A stretch of 63,300 nt of DNA, the filler included, from Hyphochytrium catenoides (Eukaryota; Protista; Hyphochytriomycota): assembly GCA_900088475.1 (NCBI GenBank). It is 7 parts of 7 records of this genome, joined end to end, with 100 filler letters (N's around TTAATTAATTAA, not from the genome) between each part and the next. Parts side by side here need not be neighbours in the genome. Positions count along the whole stretch, not along the records: positions 43,304 to 51,114 come from FLMG01000550.1; positions 51,215 to 53,203 come from FLMG01004588.1; positions 53,304 to 56,692 come from FLMG01002241.1; positions 56,793 to 63,300 come from FLMG01003722.1; 3 more parts are not named here. One strand, 5' to 3'. The position numbers and the translations under genes were made by a program. Positions 47,724 through 60,965 of the stretch are shown here, piece after piece. The notes under the pieces were generated by a model that ran no database searches, was not told the DNA's origin, and saw nothing but the letters and a program-made list of their open reading frames with translations. Position 1 is the stretch's first letter. Each line of letters starts with the position of its first letter.

Positions 47724-48041
47724 CGACTCGGGGGACCATAAAGATGGGTAGAAGCTATACCCCCAGCCATAGATAGGCAGAACAAAAAGACCAGAGAGGA
47801 GGAGGGAAAGAAGGAAAGAGAGAGAGAGAGAGAAACAAGCAATAAAGACCTAGGCATAGAGACAGAAAGAGTCTCAGCATGGAGACGAGTAAAAAGAAGA
47901 AAGGAAACGCCGGAGGGAGCATGAAAGCGAGAGAGAAAGAGAGAGAACGAGCGAGAGAGAGGGACGAAGCCATTGCATGCGAGGACTGGAGGAGAAGCTC
48001 AGAGGCAAACGTCAGTTAACTACTGGAAGAGAGAAGAAAGC

Positions 48042-48090
<49 letters not shown>

Positions 48091-48426
48091 CTGCTTACCA
48101 GGTAGTAGTTGCCAGGCCGTGAGAACTGTTGAAGAGGATGTTAGATATATCCACATCACGATAAAAAGCGAGAAGACGTAGAGCAGAAAGAGAAGAGACG
48201 GAGAGAAAGAGGGAGGAGAGAGAAGACAAACAAAGAGAGAGAAGACAAAGAAAGAGAGAGAAAAGAGAGAAAGAGAGAGAGAAAGTGTGTGTATAAGTGC
48301 TACTTACATGACGGTACCAGTTCTAACTCTTGAGTCTCCCCGGACCTTCTTCTCGACCTGAAGGAAGGTGGAAAGAAATTATAAACTTTCTTTCTTCTCT
48401 TTCGATCTCTCTCTTATGTTTGTCTT

Positions 48427-48475
<49 letters not shown>

Positions 48476-48716
48476 ACATCCCCTTTCCTCCGTCCGCCAT
48501 CTTTCCCATCATTCTGCTCTTGTGGGCACTCTCCTCTCTCTCTCAGTGTCTCTTTCTTTTGTCCGTCCAAGAGAAAAAGATTGACAGCTGACCTTTGGCC
48601 AGAGCTTCTTCTGCGCGTAGTCTCTCTCTTTTGTGTCAAAATCGAAGCCCATTCCTTCTAACACGCTATCCCTACAAGTGCGCAAACGTGTCAGGATTCG
48701 CGGCATGTGTGGAGAG

Positions 48717-48747
<31 letters not shown>

Positions 48748-50153
48748 GAGAAAGACCGAAAGAGGAGAGAGAGAAACAGGAAAGGGAGTTACGGAAGAGT
48801 GCGGATATGACATTGCCAGGAAGCGAAGCAAAACCTGACGGAGAGAAAGACAGAGAGAGAGAGAGAGAGGAAGAAAGAGAGGGTAGTTGTGTGTATGAGA
48901 GAGAGAGAGAGAGAGTAAGAAAGAAAGAGGGAAGAAGAAAGGAAAAAGAGGAACCTGAGATGTGCTATGGGATAGGCTCTCTTATCCGGTTGAATGGCGT
49001 CTGCCTGGAGGATCAAAGAACTGTAAACCTCGTCAAGCATCTTGGAGACCTGCGCCGCGGAGGGAAAGAGAGAGAGAGAAAGTAGAGAGAGAAAGAGACA
49101 CCCGGACAGAAAGAGAGAGAGAGAAAAGAGTTGACCAAGGAAATAAAGAAGAGAGTAAGTCGCTAAGAACAGAGGAGAGGGGAGCAGCGAGGGGAGTGGG
49201 TTACAGCACAAGAGAGAGAGAGAGAGAGAGAGAGAGGCAAAGAGAGAACCCTACTCTCCTCCCATAGGCGCGATGTAAGAAAGCCGTACAACGAGCAAGA
49301 CGAGAAAGAGAGACAAAGATAGTGGAAAGTGGGACTGTCGAGACAGAGCAGTGTTGTAAATAGCAGTTTGCCCAAAGAGGTATAAAGAGTGGAACCTATG
49401 CTTCGGCTCTTCGAAGAGGAAGAGAGAGAAAGACTTTACCAGCACTTTCTCCTTGCCTCTCTCTCTCAAGTAAAAGGCTAGACGGAGCCCTAGATAAAGC
49501 CCCACTGCTAGCAAGAGAAGAGTCTAACAGGGTAAACACTCAGTAAGAGTTGACCACAAAGAGAGGAGAGAGAGAGAGAGAGAGAAAGAGAGAGGGAGAG
49601 AAATGGGACGGGATTTGAGGAGACAGCTCCAACTTTCCAACAAACGCCAGTAATGGAGGTGATACGTGGGACGACGGAGAGAGGAGAGAAACAAGAGAAT
49701 GAACAGAACGATATCCAAAGCACCAAGTAAAGATTAATAAAACGAAGGAACAGAGAGAGAGAGAGAGAGGACAGAGAGAGAGAGAGAAGGTTAAATGCAA
49801 TGACTCCATTCTCTTTCTCTCCCTTCTCGCCTTACCAAAGGATAGGTCACAAGGAGGAAAGACACCGGGCAGCTCATGGGCAGCCCGACGTCCTTGGTTT
49901 CTATAGAAAATGTATGGTTTCCAGGGTGATAGGCACCACCGAAGAGTGAGGATGAAGAGGAAGAGGAGAAGAGAGAGAGAGCCTCTTCCTTGATGGCGTG
50001 ATAGTCTCTCTCTTTCAGGACGCTCTTATGCATGTCTTCTAGAGAAGAGAAGATTTCCTGTTCTGTCACGCTCAAGTGAGGTTGCGGAGAAGAGAAAAGT
50101 AGGTTGCTGCAGATTTTATCCTCTGCTCGCTGTCTGGAAATGAGAGAGAGAGA

Positions 50154-50191
<38 letters not shown>

Positions 50192-50908
50192 GAAAGAAAG
50201 TCGTGGGTAAGAGAGATTTTATAGCGAGAGACAGGGTTGACCAACATTTAGAAAAGAGAAGCCAAAGGAGAGAGAAAGTTAGGAAAAGAGAGAGCAAAAA
50301 GACACAGAGAGAGAGAGAAAAAGAGGGCATATATAAGAGAAAATAGGGAGAAAGAGAGAGAGAAGTCTATAATGCGAAGCCCAGGGACGCGGGATTATCA
50401 AGAGAACCATATTCTATGAAAGTTTGTCATGTGAGAGAAAGAAAGAGAACGGCGGTCCAGGAGAGAGACAGTTGGAAATAGAGGAAAACGGCAAAGCATA
50501 TTTATAGGTGGAGGAGACGGGGAAGAGAGAACAAAGCCAAGAGAGAAGAATCAAAAAGGAAGAGGAGAGAGAGACACACAGATGAAGAGAGAGAGAGACA
50601 AATGTAAAGCGAGAGAGAGAGAGAGAGAGAGCAATAGAATGAAGCTATTATGGGGAGAAACAAAGAGAGACCGCGGGCAAACCGCCCAAAAATAACGAGC
50701 GATTGATGAGGAGAAAAGGAAAAGGAGAAGAGAGAGAGAACAATAACCGACATCCAATAACGAAGGAGGAGCTTCCTAGAGTAAAGGACAAGAGAGTGGG
50801 GGAGAGAGAGAGAAAGAAAGCAAGAGAGAGAGAGCGGAGAGAAAGAAGGAAGGAGAAAGTGCAAGAAAACAGAGGCACTTTTTCTCTCTTCCCTCTACCC
50901 ACCCACTT

Positions 50909-50949
<41 letters not shown>

Positions 50950-51114
50950 TCCCCCTCCCGTACCGGGGCTTACCTCAGCATGGCGCCAATCTGCCTCGCC
51001 ATCTCCTCTCCTCCTCTCTCGATGATCTTGTCCTTCACACACCTCCCCCAGGACCACTGATAGCCCACAGCACACTCTTGGAAGGCGCCGTCCCGACAGA
51101 GAGCGTGGGAGGGA
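47328..51114 (-). CDS. Man1/Src1/LEM2-like inner nuclear membrane protein (MSC and winged-helix C-terminus), 5' truncated
   Basis: Spliced product: PSHALCRDGAFQECAVGYQWSWGRCVKD...LPMSC...TM (TLLLLAVGLYLGLRLAFY)...YPIAHLR|DSVL...KKLWPK|VEKKVRGDSRVRTG...HGLATTTW|QWISP. Confidence 0.8.
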
Positions 51115-51214
51115 NNNNNNNNNNNNNNNNNNNNNNNNNNNNNNNNNNNNNNNNNNNNTTAATTAATTAANNNNNNNNNNNNNNNNNNNNNNNNNNNNNN
51201 NNNNNNNNNNNNNN
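51115..51214. other. Artificial contig-joining spacer
   Basis: N44-TTAATTAATTAA-N44. Confidence 0.97.
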
Positions 51215-52838
51215 GCGGAAGCATTCGGGGTCAGCCCTCACTTCCTGCAGATGCGTTCAAATGCAGAAGTGACAGGAGACTCTACAATCCTTGGCGTGGC
51301 CTCCCACTTCAACCCGTTTTCCTGAGCGGCAACATTTTACTCAAGGAGGCAAACTAAACATTACAGAGCTCGACGACAACGGAAGTTTTGACGAAGAACT
51401 TCTCTGTCAGAGTCCAAGCGCACTGCATGCCTCTCAAACAAGCGTAAATTAGCTTTACTAATTTACCAGGCCAAAGGTGTTGTGCTATTTTAAGTGGCCC
51501 GCCCAGAGTTCTGGTTGACTCAGCTCCTCCGATGGTTGAGGGTAGCTAGTTGCGCTCTTCATCATAAGTTGTATGAGGTTCGTATCGCCTGCGCCAGACT
51601 CGCGCAGACACGTGCGACGTTTGAGTAATCGAATGCCTGACAAAGAGATCATAAGCTCCTCCACCAGAGTTGACAGCTATTAGGACTCTCTTTGAGCACT
51701 TTCCTCTGAATAGCTATTCCTTTGCTCAATGTTCACGAAGAAAAGTCGGCTAATGCCAAGGCATAAGACCGAGCTGATCTATTTTTCGGAAGTATTATTA
51801 TCCCGCTCAGGCGAGGCGAGTTAGTGGTGCTCTAGTCGCACCAAAAGAGCAGCCTTTGACAACCAAGAAGCTACGTTCTGAAGAGGCTTGCTGGTGATCA
51901 TTGTTCCCGCAATATGGTGTCCCTCATATTCACCATGTACCTCTAAGAAGTAGTGAGGACGACTAGCATCATTATCAGTGCATGTTCTTCTTTCCGTCCC
52001 ATCGTCCAGTTCAGGCGTTCGCCTATAGGTGGGAATACTCCTACGACATGGGGAGGCTTCCATGTGCGACCTCACATACAAGAGATGTGAGACTATAATC
52101 ACTATCCTGCTTGTCCCAGAGCCCGCTAATCCCCCACCAGTTAGAAAGCGCGGATAGGTGAGGAGGATACCCCCAGTGATGATGATAAGGCTGATGACTA
52201 GTGAGCATATCGTCGGAGCTTTACTCTTGTATAACCATATGAGAAAACCGCTCACTGAACTCCAGTAAGACGTCTCCTAGCATGTAGAGGCTTCCTATCA
52301 CCTTGTAGAGGCCAACCTTCTCCCGATATAAGAAGCTATTAGCGACAGTGAAGTCTGTTTGCAGACGTCCCGTAGCATGTACAGTAGAGGTTTCTTATCG
52401 CCCTATAACCCTAATCCTAAGTAGGAGCCACCCTTGCTAGGCTAGATCAGAACCTAAAATTCCCTCGTGGATCGAACTTGTTTCATAGATGGCATCTGTA
52501 TCCTCTTTAATCATGTGAAGGCAACAACGAATGATCTCCTGACTCGTGAGCCTAACTCATCTCGTCTGAAGACAGCTCTGATGACACCCATCAAACACCG
52601 AACGGTCTGCCTGACTGTTCTCGTCGTCTGTTAACATTCACTTCCTACGCAGCGAACGATCTCTACTTCTCCTGGCTCGAGCCTGACTGTTGTTGCTTGA
52701 TGACACGCATCAAGAGACGCTGCTCATTTGACAGCGGACGATGTCTCTTCTGCTTGTTGTCGTACAAGCTACAAAAGGATCATCTATTCCTAAACCTTGG
52801 AAGCCTTTCATAGTGTTCCATTATTAGTAGTCATCATC

Positions 52839-53203
52839 ATGATGGAAAAATGTGAACTATGGTGGCCTACACGAGCCAATGAATGGCCCACCTTTCCTGA
52901 TCCCATCCGTCGATGTCCACCTAGCGGGGTGGAGATTCTGGGGACTCCAATTGGCTCACTTCAGTTCGTGACCCAACACATCAGAACAATAGTAGGCAAA
53001 CTCCATGGCATTGATCTTGCACTAGATTCTGTGGAGGATGCTCAGATCGAGCTTTTCCTGTTCCGGGGCTGTTTGGGTTATGGCAGGATCAACCACTTAC
53101 TTCGAACATGTTCGCCCGATCTGGTAGAGGGCCCGATGAAGGAGTATGACCTCCGTCTGCTAGAAGTATTCCGTGCTGTGCTCCGCACCCCGGCCATATC
53201 GGA
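52839..53203 (+). mobile_element. 5'-truncated non-LTR retrotransposon, CRE/SLACS-like clade (end of RT/thumb region)
   Basis: EKCELWWP...GVEILGTPIGSLQFV...EDAQIELFLFRGCLGYGRINHLLRTCSP...EYD. No upstream RT core; the fragment runs into the contig end. Confidence 0.75.
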
Positions 53204-53303
53204 NNNNNNNNNNNNNNNNNNNNNNNNNNNNNNNNNNNNNNNNNNNNTTAATTAATTAANNNNNNNNNNNNNNNNNNNNNNNNNNNNNNNNNNNNNNNNN
53301 NNN
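53204..53303. other. Artificial contig-joining spacer
   Basis: N44-TTAATTAATTAA-N44. Confidence 0.97.
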
Positions 53304-53340
53304 GGGGAGAGAGAGAGAGAAACACAGAAGGAAGACTCAC

Positions 53341-53533
53341 TATCGCGGTCTTTCCTTCCTCATCCGCTGCAGGGAAAGAAGGGAGAGAGTGTCCGATCTC
53401 TTCGATAATCGAGTTGACAACTGTCTGCACGTCCGCGACCGAGGAAGGAACGGAGTCGTAGGGAGAGCTGGGAGGAAACTCCTGAGACATGAGGGAAGAG
53501 GGAGAGAGAGAGTAAAAATGAAGAGAGAGCGAG

Positions 53534-53578
<45 letters not shown>

Positions 53579-54820
53579 CAACCGTGAGGCAAAGAGGGAG
53601 AGAGGATAGGCACAGAAGGAGAGGGACACAAAGAGAGGGTCCCATAGATAGAAGTGTAAGAAAAGGAGAAGATAAAGAGGGGAGAGAGATTAGAAAGGGA
53701 GAAAGAGAAGATGAAGAAAGAGAGAAAGAGAGAGAAAGGGACAAAGGAAGAGACAGAAGAGCGAGGAAGACCAGGTATACCTCATAAAAAAGAGGAGCAC
53801 AAAAAGCAGAGAGGCCTAATCACCTAAAAGTTAGGGTCTTCCTTCTTATTCTCTTCTCTCTTGGTCTCTCTTTCTCTCTCTCTTTTTTCTCTCTCTCTCT
53901 CTCTCTTCTCCCCTCTATGAAATCCCTACCGTCTGTTGGTTGTTCAGAAAAGAGTATTCGTACGGGAAACTGCTTCTGGCCAAATCTTTCTCCATTGTCT
54001 CTCTCTCTTCCTCAGAGAGAGGGAGAAGAGCGTCCAGAAGATGGGAGAGAGGAATGGCAGGAGAGAGAGAAGGAGAGACACGGAACATGTGGGGAGGACA
54101 AGGAGAGGAAGTGTGGCTCTCTGGAGCAGCTGATGAACGCAAACAGGAAGAGAGCAAAAAGGAAGAAGAGACAAGAGGAGGGTGGTGAAGAAGCGAGACA
54201 CAGAGAGAGAGAGACAGAGAGAGAGGGAGAGGGAGAGAGAAGAGTAAGAGAGAGAGACAAGGGAAACGAGGGAGAGAAAGGGAGGGAGCAGGTGGTGGTG
54301 AAAGAACTATCTCCGTCTCCTTTCTCTTTCTCTAATATCTTCCCTTTTTTCTCTTCCTTCGTTTCTGGGTGACGGTTCTTTCTAGACCCCTCCCACTCTC
54401 TCCCTCTCTCTCTCTCTCTTTCATACTCTCTCTCTTTCTCTCTTTCTTTTCTCTTTTTCTCTCTCTCTCTCTCTCGCTCTCGCACACATGACGTGCAATC
54501 TTCTGCAGTCTACTTTCTCATCAGACTGTCTCTCCTCCTCTATTTCTCCAACTTATTCTCTCTCTTTTTCTCTCTCTCCCAGTCTGGGCTCTTTACCGCT
54601 CCTTCTCCTTCTTTTCTCTTTCTCTCTCTCTTTCTCTCTCCTGTTTCCTACCTTGATTGACTGTCGGTGGTTCCTCTTCCTCGCTGTCATCGTCCAGCAG
54701 CTGCTGAAGCTCGTTCACTTTCTTCTTGTTGGGACTTCGAGGAGAGGGAGAAGAGAGAGGAAGAACCGGGAGCCCGAGAGCTGACTGTCTCCCTCCTTTT
54801 CCGGCTGTGTGGGGCCTCAT
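53341..54820 (-). CDS. Hypothetical protein, at least 3 exons, 3' truncated
   Basis: Non-repetitive islands with GT-AG borders in phase: ...KKKVNELQQLLDDDSEEEEPPTVNQ|AAPESH...EYSFLNNQQT|EFPPSSPYD...EEGKTAI. Confidence 0.5.
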
Positions 54821-55262
54821 CTCTCTCTCTCTCTCTCTCTCTCTCGTGCCCTTCTCTTCTCTCTGTCTCTTGTTGTTGATTCTCTCTCTCTCTCAGTGAA
54901 GAGAGAGACGGCTGGCCCGAGGTTCTTCCAGCATCATGCGAAAGAGAGAATGAAGAGAAAGAGAGAGTTGCTCTCCTTCGATGATAGTCTTGGGAGAACC
55001 TTTTCCTTTCTGCACAATCACGGTGTCTCAGCTTCTGGTCTCCCTTCTTCCTTTGATCATGAGATTTTCGTTCTCTCTCTGTCCCTCACAGTCTCTCTCC
55101 GTCTTTCTCTTCTCCCATTTTCTCGCTGTCTTTCTCTCTCTTTCTCTCTATCTGTCCCTCTCTCTCTCTCTCTCTCTCTCTCTCCCAGTGGCAGTCCTAA
55201 GCTTCCACTTGGTTCTCAAGGTTCTAACTGATGAGAGTATGGAAACAAAACGTAGTTGACAG

Positions 55263-55295
<33 letters not shown>

Positions 55296-56221
55296 TTCTC
55301 TTTCTCTCTCTCTCTTTCTCTCTCTTCTGTCTTTCGTCTTCTCTGTCTTTCTCTCTATCTCTGTCTGCCGCTTACTTCTGACGCCTCCTAAGTCTTCTCC
55401 ATCTCTCTCTCCTCTGTCTATCCCTTTACTGTGGCAACTGTGAAGCATTTCACTCTTCAGTCTTCCCAGTGATGCAGCTATGCTCGCTCTGTCTCGGACT
55501 CCTCTAACCTTAAAAGCTATTCTTCACATGTATCTACGCTCTGTCTTTATCAGGTGTATCTGCTCCCGAAAATCATTCTTTTGAGCTTTCTAACGTTAGC
55601 GGCCATCTTTGTAACGCTTTTCTATGGACTGAAAAGCTAAAAGTTCCTCTTTTTCTCAGCTTTCCTCTCTTCTTTCTGTCTCTCTCTCTCTCTCTCTCTC
55701 TCTCCCCCTCTCTTTCTCTCTTTTCTCTCTCTCTTTTTCTCCCCTCTGTCTGCGTTCTATTCTGCCTCAGCCTCTCTTCCAAGCCTGAGAGCTTTGCGTC
55801 CGTGCAGTCCATGCTGACAGTGTCCTCTCTTTCTCTTTCTTCCCAGCGCCTTTTACTCTCTTGTGCTTGTTATTTCTCACTCACCGTACTCGGGCAGCAC
55901 TTCTTACTTCTCCTATTTTTTCCTTGTCGTCTCTCTTCTCTCTCTCTCTTTATAGCTCTCCCTCCATCATCTGGTCTCATCCTTTGTCGCTAAAAGGAAG
56001 TTCCTCGAGGAGACATAGAAAAAGAGAGAGAAAGGATGTAGAGAGAATAAACCACATGAAGGCCCATGCGTCACATCTTCTTGGAGAAATGATCTCAGAG
56101 AAATAATCTCTGGCAAACACCTCTCCTCCCTGTCAGTTCTCCCCTAGACTCTCTCTCTCTCTCTCTTTGTGTCTCTCTCTTCTCTCTTTCTCACTCACGC
56201 TACATAGCTCGTCATATCTCC

Positions 56222-56504
56222 TTAGGATTCTTCTTCTTCCTCATTTTCTTCCTCCTCTTCTTCTTCTTCCTCTTCTCTTTTTCTTTCTCTCTCACCCTCT
56301 TTCTCCTCCCGAATCTCATTCTTCCTGCAGATGTAGATTCTGTGCCCTGGAGAGACCTCTACCGAAAATAAAGGGTAAAGGAGATAGTGAGTTTGCTTAC
56401 TCATTGATAATGTTAGAGGCATGACTCACCCACTGTGGAGCTGTCCACGTCCCAGTCCAAGCCAGGCTTCCGAAGATAAGGATATCGTGCACCCGTTGGG
56501 GCTC
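56222..56504 (-). CDS. Last two exons of a probable METTL13/EEF1AKMT4-like methyltransferase with an acidic tail
   Basis: Exons 56504-56430 and 56358-56222 give APTGARYPYLRKPGLDWDVDSSTV|EVSPGHRIYICRKNE...poly-E*, resembling the family's R..YL...W.V...HYIYIC.K ending. Confidence 0.45.
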
Positions 56505-56692
56505 CTGAAGAAGACAGAAAAGACAAAGAGAGAGGGAGGGAGAGAGAGAGCGAGACGGAGACAGAGCGAGAGAGAGTCACAGAGAGAGGGAGAGAGAGAG
56601 GGAAGAAGAGAAGCGGGACGGGGGGTGAGCGATGAGAGAGAGAGAAGGGAGAGAAGAGAGACAGAGAGAGAGACAGAGAGAGAGAGAGAGAG

Positions 56693-56792
56693 NNNNNNNN
56701 NNNNNNNNNNNNNNNNNNNNNNNNNNNNNNNNNNNNTTAATTAATTAANNNNNNNNNNNNNNNNNNNNNNNNNNNNNNNNNNNNNNNNNNNN
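56693..56792. other. Artificial contig-joining spacer
   Basis: N44-TTAATTAATTAA-N44. Confidence 0.97.
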
Positions 56793-57572
56793 GAGAGAGA
56801 GAGAGAGAGAGAGAGAGAAGAGAAACGAAGAGGAGAAGAGAAACGAAGAGGGGAAGAGGGGGAAAGGGGGCGGGAAGAATCACAAAGAGAACGGAGAGGG
56901 AGGGGAAATGAAGAGAGAGGGAGAGAGATAAAGGGACAGGAGAGAGAGAGAATAAGGGAACAGAATGGGGAGAGAAACACAAAGGAGACAGAGAAAGTGT
57001 GGTAGAGAGGAAGGAGAAAGAGATAAACATAGAAGAAAGAATGAGCAGACCACGGAGAGAGATGACAGAACGAGAGAGAAGGTAAGAGTGCAGGAGAAAA
57101 GAGGGAAAGGCGAGAAGAAGAGAGAAAGAAAAATGAAGGGAGCAGGGGGAGAGAAGAGATCGAGAATAGGGAAAGGGATGAGAGAGAGAGGGAGAGAGAC
57201 TATAAGAGAGAGAATAGGATCTATCGCGACATATCGGCAAATCAAAGAAGGGAAAGAGTCCAAATAGGAGAGGGATGAGAAACAAACTAATGGAAAGAGG
57301 AACGGAGACGGGAACAGTCGGGAAAGATAAGACAGAAGAGACATGGTGATGACAAACTTGGAGAGCAGAGGAGAGGAGAGAGTACGAAAGAGAGAGGAAA
57401 CACAACGTGAGAGAGGAAACACAACGTGAGAGAGAGAATCCACAAAGGACAGACAGAGACACAGAGAGAGAGAGAGGGAAACGGAGAGAGAGAGAGAAAG
57501 CAGGAGAGAAGACAAAGAAAGAGAGAGAGACAGAGAAAGAGAAAGAGAGAGAGAGGTATATTCGACTCTGAC

Positions 57573-57882
57573 CATTTTTGACAGCGATTCTCGCGCATCC
57601 CTCAGTCTGACAGCGGGTTCGGGGCACCCGCGCACCGTGAGTCTTACAGACTCGGTCCCGCACAGCCAGGCGTGTGCACCTAGAGAGGACAGAAAGAGAG
57701 AGAGAGAAAGAGAGAGAGAGAGACCAAAACAGAGAGAGAGAGAGAGAGAGCAAAACAGAGAGAGAGAGAGAGAAGGGTCCAAGTAAGAAACAGAGCTTTG
57801 CACAGCACATTGAACGCTTTCTATTTTCTCTCCCTCTCTCACTTCTCTCTCCTTCTCGCTCTCTCTTCTCTCTCTTTCTCTC

Positions 57883-57917
<35 letters not shown>

Positions 57918-58300
57918 CCTGTCTCCCTGCAGAGTTGTCTCTTCACTTCAGCGCCATGAGCCTTGCAAACGCCTCTTCTGACAGCGTGTTTCTCACAGTT
58001 TTCTTCCTGGCAAATGTACCGCCGGCGCGGCTTTAAATGACGGGAACAGTGTCCCCTGTGCTCAGCTACCAAGGGACAACCTTCGACGAGACAGAGTGAG
58101 AGAGGAAATGAGACAGAGGGGAGAGGGGCAAGGGAGGGCGCGGAGGAGGGAGGGATTGTGTGTGAGAGAGAGAGAGAAGGAGGGAGAGATGTCTCTCCGC
58201 CTCCCAGAGCAGTGTCTTTTCCTCCTGAAGGCGGAGGAGGAGAGAGAAGATCTGTGGCGCTGGGTTGGTCTGGAATGTCGAAGAGATTGAACCGGTTCAT
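57573..58300 (-). CDS. WRKY19-like C-x4-C-x9-C-x2-H zinc-finger repeat protein, 3' truncated
   Basis: Exons 58300-57918 and 57679-57573. Repeats: CLVEGC...CSRH, CQEENCEKHAVRRGVCKAHGA, CRETG|CTRLAVRDRVCKTHGA, CQTEGCARIAVKNG. Confidence 0.8.
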
Positions 58301-58662
58301 TTTCTCTTTCTCTCTCTCCTTCTCTCTCTCCCTCTCTCTCCTTCCCTCTTCTCTCTTCCTGTTGCTGGAGATCCTTCTCTCCTTACTCAGAGTCGATCTC
58401 TGACCATCTCCTCCCAGTAGTCTCCCGCACTCTCTCTCTCTTAATGTGATGAAGACACGTCGGTCTCTCCCTTTCGTTTTCCCCAGCTTCTCTCCCTCTC
58501 TATCGCTTTGTGCTTCTGTGTCTCTCTCTGTTTTTGTCTCTCTCTCTGTCTGGCAGTGACGGCGCTCATTTCTTTGTCCACCGTCTCTTGCTTGCTGTGG
58601 ACGTTTCCAAGCCAAAAGGACTTGGGATGCTTTTGAGCTCTCACTCTCACTCTCCCTCTTCC

Positions 58663-58693
<31 letters not shown>

Positions 58694-59041
58694 CTCTCTC
58701 TCTCCTCTCATTTCGCTCGCTCTGTTCCCTCCCTTCTTCACTTGCCTGTCTATTATTGTCACCTTTCTCTCTCTGTTCCGACGTTTTTTCACCTCTCTTC
58801 CCTTTCATCTCCTCTCTCTTTCTCTCTTGTCTAAAAGCTCATTCAAAATAATACACATCCACGGCGTAATGCGTCAATAATAGGAAGCGACTATAGTATT
58901 TGTTTCCATTCTTTCTCTTTTGTGTAACATTTAGCGTCATTTTGTCTCAAAAAACCTTAGCACTATCAGGTATACGACGATATAAGGATAGGCTGGGCTG
59001 TGAAGCTCCCTTACTATAACCTTTCTCTTTCTGCTCTTTCT

Positions 59042-59104
<63 letters not shown>

Positions 59105-59732
59105 GTCTCACATTCTCTCTCTGTCTCACATTCTCTCTCTCTCTCTCATTCTCTCTCTCTCTTACTCTCATCCTCTCTCTCTTCCCTCTCTTTCTCTCTC
59201 CCCTGCCTCTCTCTCTCTCGTTCTGCTTTGCGCCTCACTCCTCCTGTTCCTTTTGCNNNNNNNNNNNNNNNNNNNNNNNNNNNNNNNNNNNNNNNNNNNN
59301 NNNNNNNNNNNNNNNNNNNNNNNNNNNNNNNNNNNNNNNNNNNNNNNNNNNNNNNNNNNNNNNNNNNNNNNNNNNNNNNNNNNNNNNNNNNNNNNNNNNN
59401 NNNNNNNNNNNNNNNNNNNNNNNNNNNNNNNNNNNNNNNNNNNNNNNNNNNNNNNNNNNNNNNNNNNNNNNNNNNNNNNNNNNNNNNNNNNNNNNNNNNN
59501 NNNNNNNNNNNNNNNTTCATCTACTCCTCTTCCCTTCCTTACCTCCCTTTCCCTCATTCTTTCTCTCTGCTATTTGCCTACTTCTCTCCCCTGACCCCTG
59601 TCTCCCCCTCCTCCCTCTCGCGCTTCTTTCTCTTTCTCTTCCTCTCTCTTTTTCTCTCTCCCTTACACTCTTTCTCTGTCTCTCCCTTTTTTCCCTCTCT
59701 CTGCTGCTCATCTACTCTCTCTCTGTCCCCAG

Positions 59733-59889
59733 ATAGCGAACAAGTCGGGGTTCCCTCTTCTGTTCCTTTGACGGGTCTTCCCGCTGAGGTTCGGCTACGA
59801 GATGTGCAGTTCAGTCCCAAGGGAGACAGAGTGGCCTTCACTAACTATGATCCTAAGGAAGGATTGAAGGTAAAAGAGAAGAGAGAGAT

Positions 59890-59940
<51 letters not shown>

Positions 59941-60855
59941 AAGACGTAGGAAGAAAATCATTTGGAGGGAGAGAAGACGCATAGTCAAAACGCGGAGAAG
60001 CCTAACCCTAAGCAGGCGGAGAAGCCGAAAGAGCCAAAAGAACAAGCTGAAGCGATCTTTCCTCTCTCTCTCTTTTCTCATTCTCTTTCTCTCTCTCTCT
60101 CTCTCACTTCTTCCTTCTTCCCAGCTCTGGGTGTGCGACATTCCTCTCCCTGGAGCGCCTTTCCACGCCCGCTGTGCCTCTTCTCTCACTTTGAACGGAA
60201 CGCTGGCGGACCCTCTGGCCTGGATCGACAACCAACGGCTCCTCCTCTGCACTGTTCCCGACAGCCACCGAGGAAGATATGAAGAGAGAGATGTGGCGGA
60301 AGAGAGAGAGAGAGAGAAAGAAGAGGAGATTATCCTCGGTCCTACAATCCAAGAAACGTCTTCAGGCAAGAAGAAGCCCGGCCGCACCTACCAGGACTTG
60401 CTCAAGACGGCTAATGACGAGGTACCGTGAGAGCTATCGGAAGAGAGAGAGAGAGAGAGCGCGCGCGAGAGAGAGAGAGAGAGAAAGGAAAAACTTGAAG
60501 AAGTCGGGACAGAAAGGGGCGCAGGATAAATCTCTCCTCTTCTCTCTTTCTCTCCTTCTAGGATTCCCCTCTCGCTCTCTCTCTCCCACATTCTGTAGAT
60601 GGGCTATCCCTCTCTCTCTCATTTTGTGCCTCTAATTTCTCTAATTTCTTGCCCCTCTCTTTTCTCTCTTTTGTTGGACTTAGAATAAAACCTAAGCACT
60701 CGCGCGACTCTGACTCGTTCTCCCTTTGGCCTGACGCCAACAGCTTAGGTTTGAGTTCTATGTCACTTCTCAGTGGGCGGTCGCAGATGTCAGAGACTTC
60801 TCTGCCACCGCTGTCGGAAAGGCTGATCTCTATGTAAAGGTAAGAGGGACGACCT

Positions 60856-60886
<31 letters not shown>

Positions 60887-60924
60887 AGAGTGAGGCAAGC
60901 AAGAGAAAGAGAGAGAGAGAGAGA

Positions 60925-60965
<41 letters not shown>

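Noticed and set aside
51821-52255. 144-aa minus-strand ORF with a hydrophobic start
   Set aside because: GTG start and no recognisable domain. It lies in a probably repeat-derived contig.
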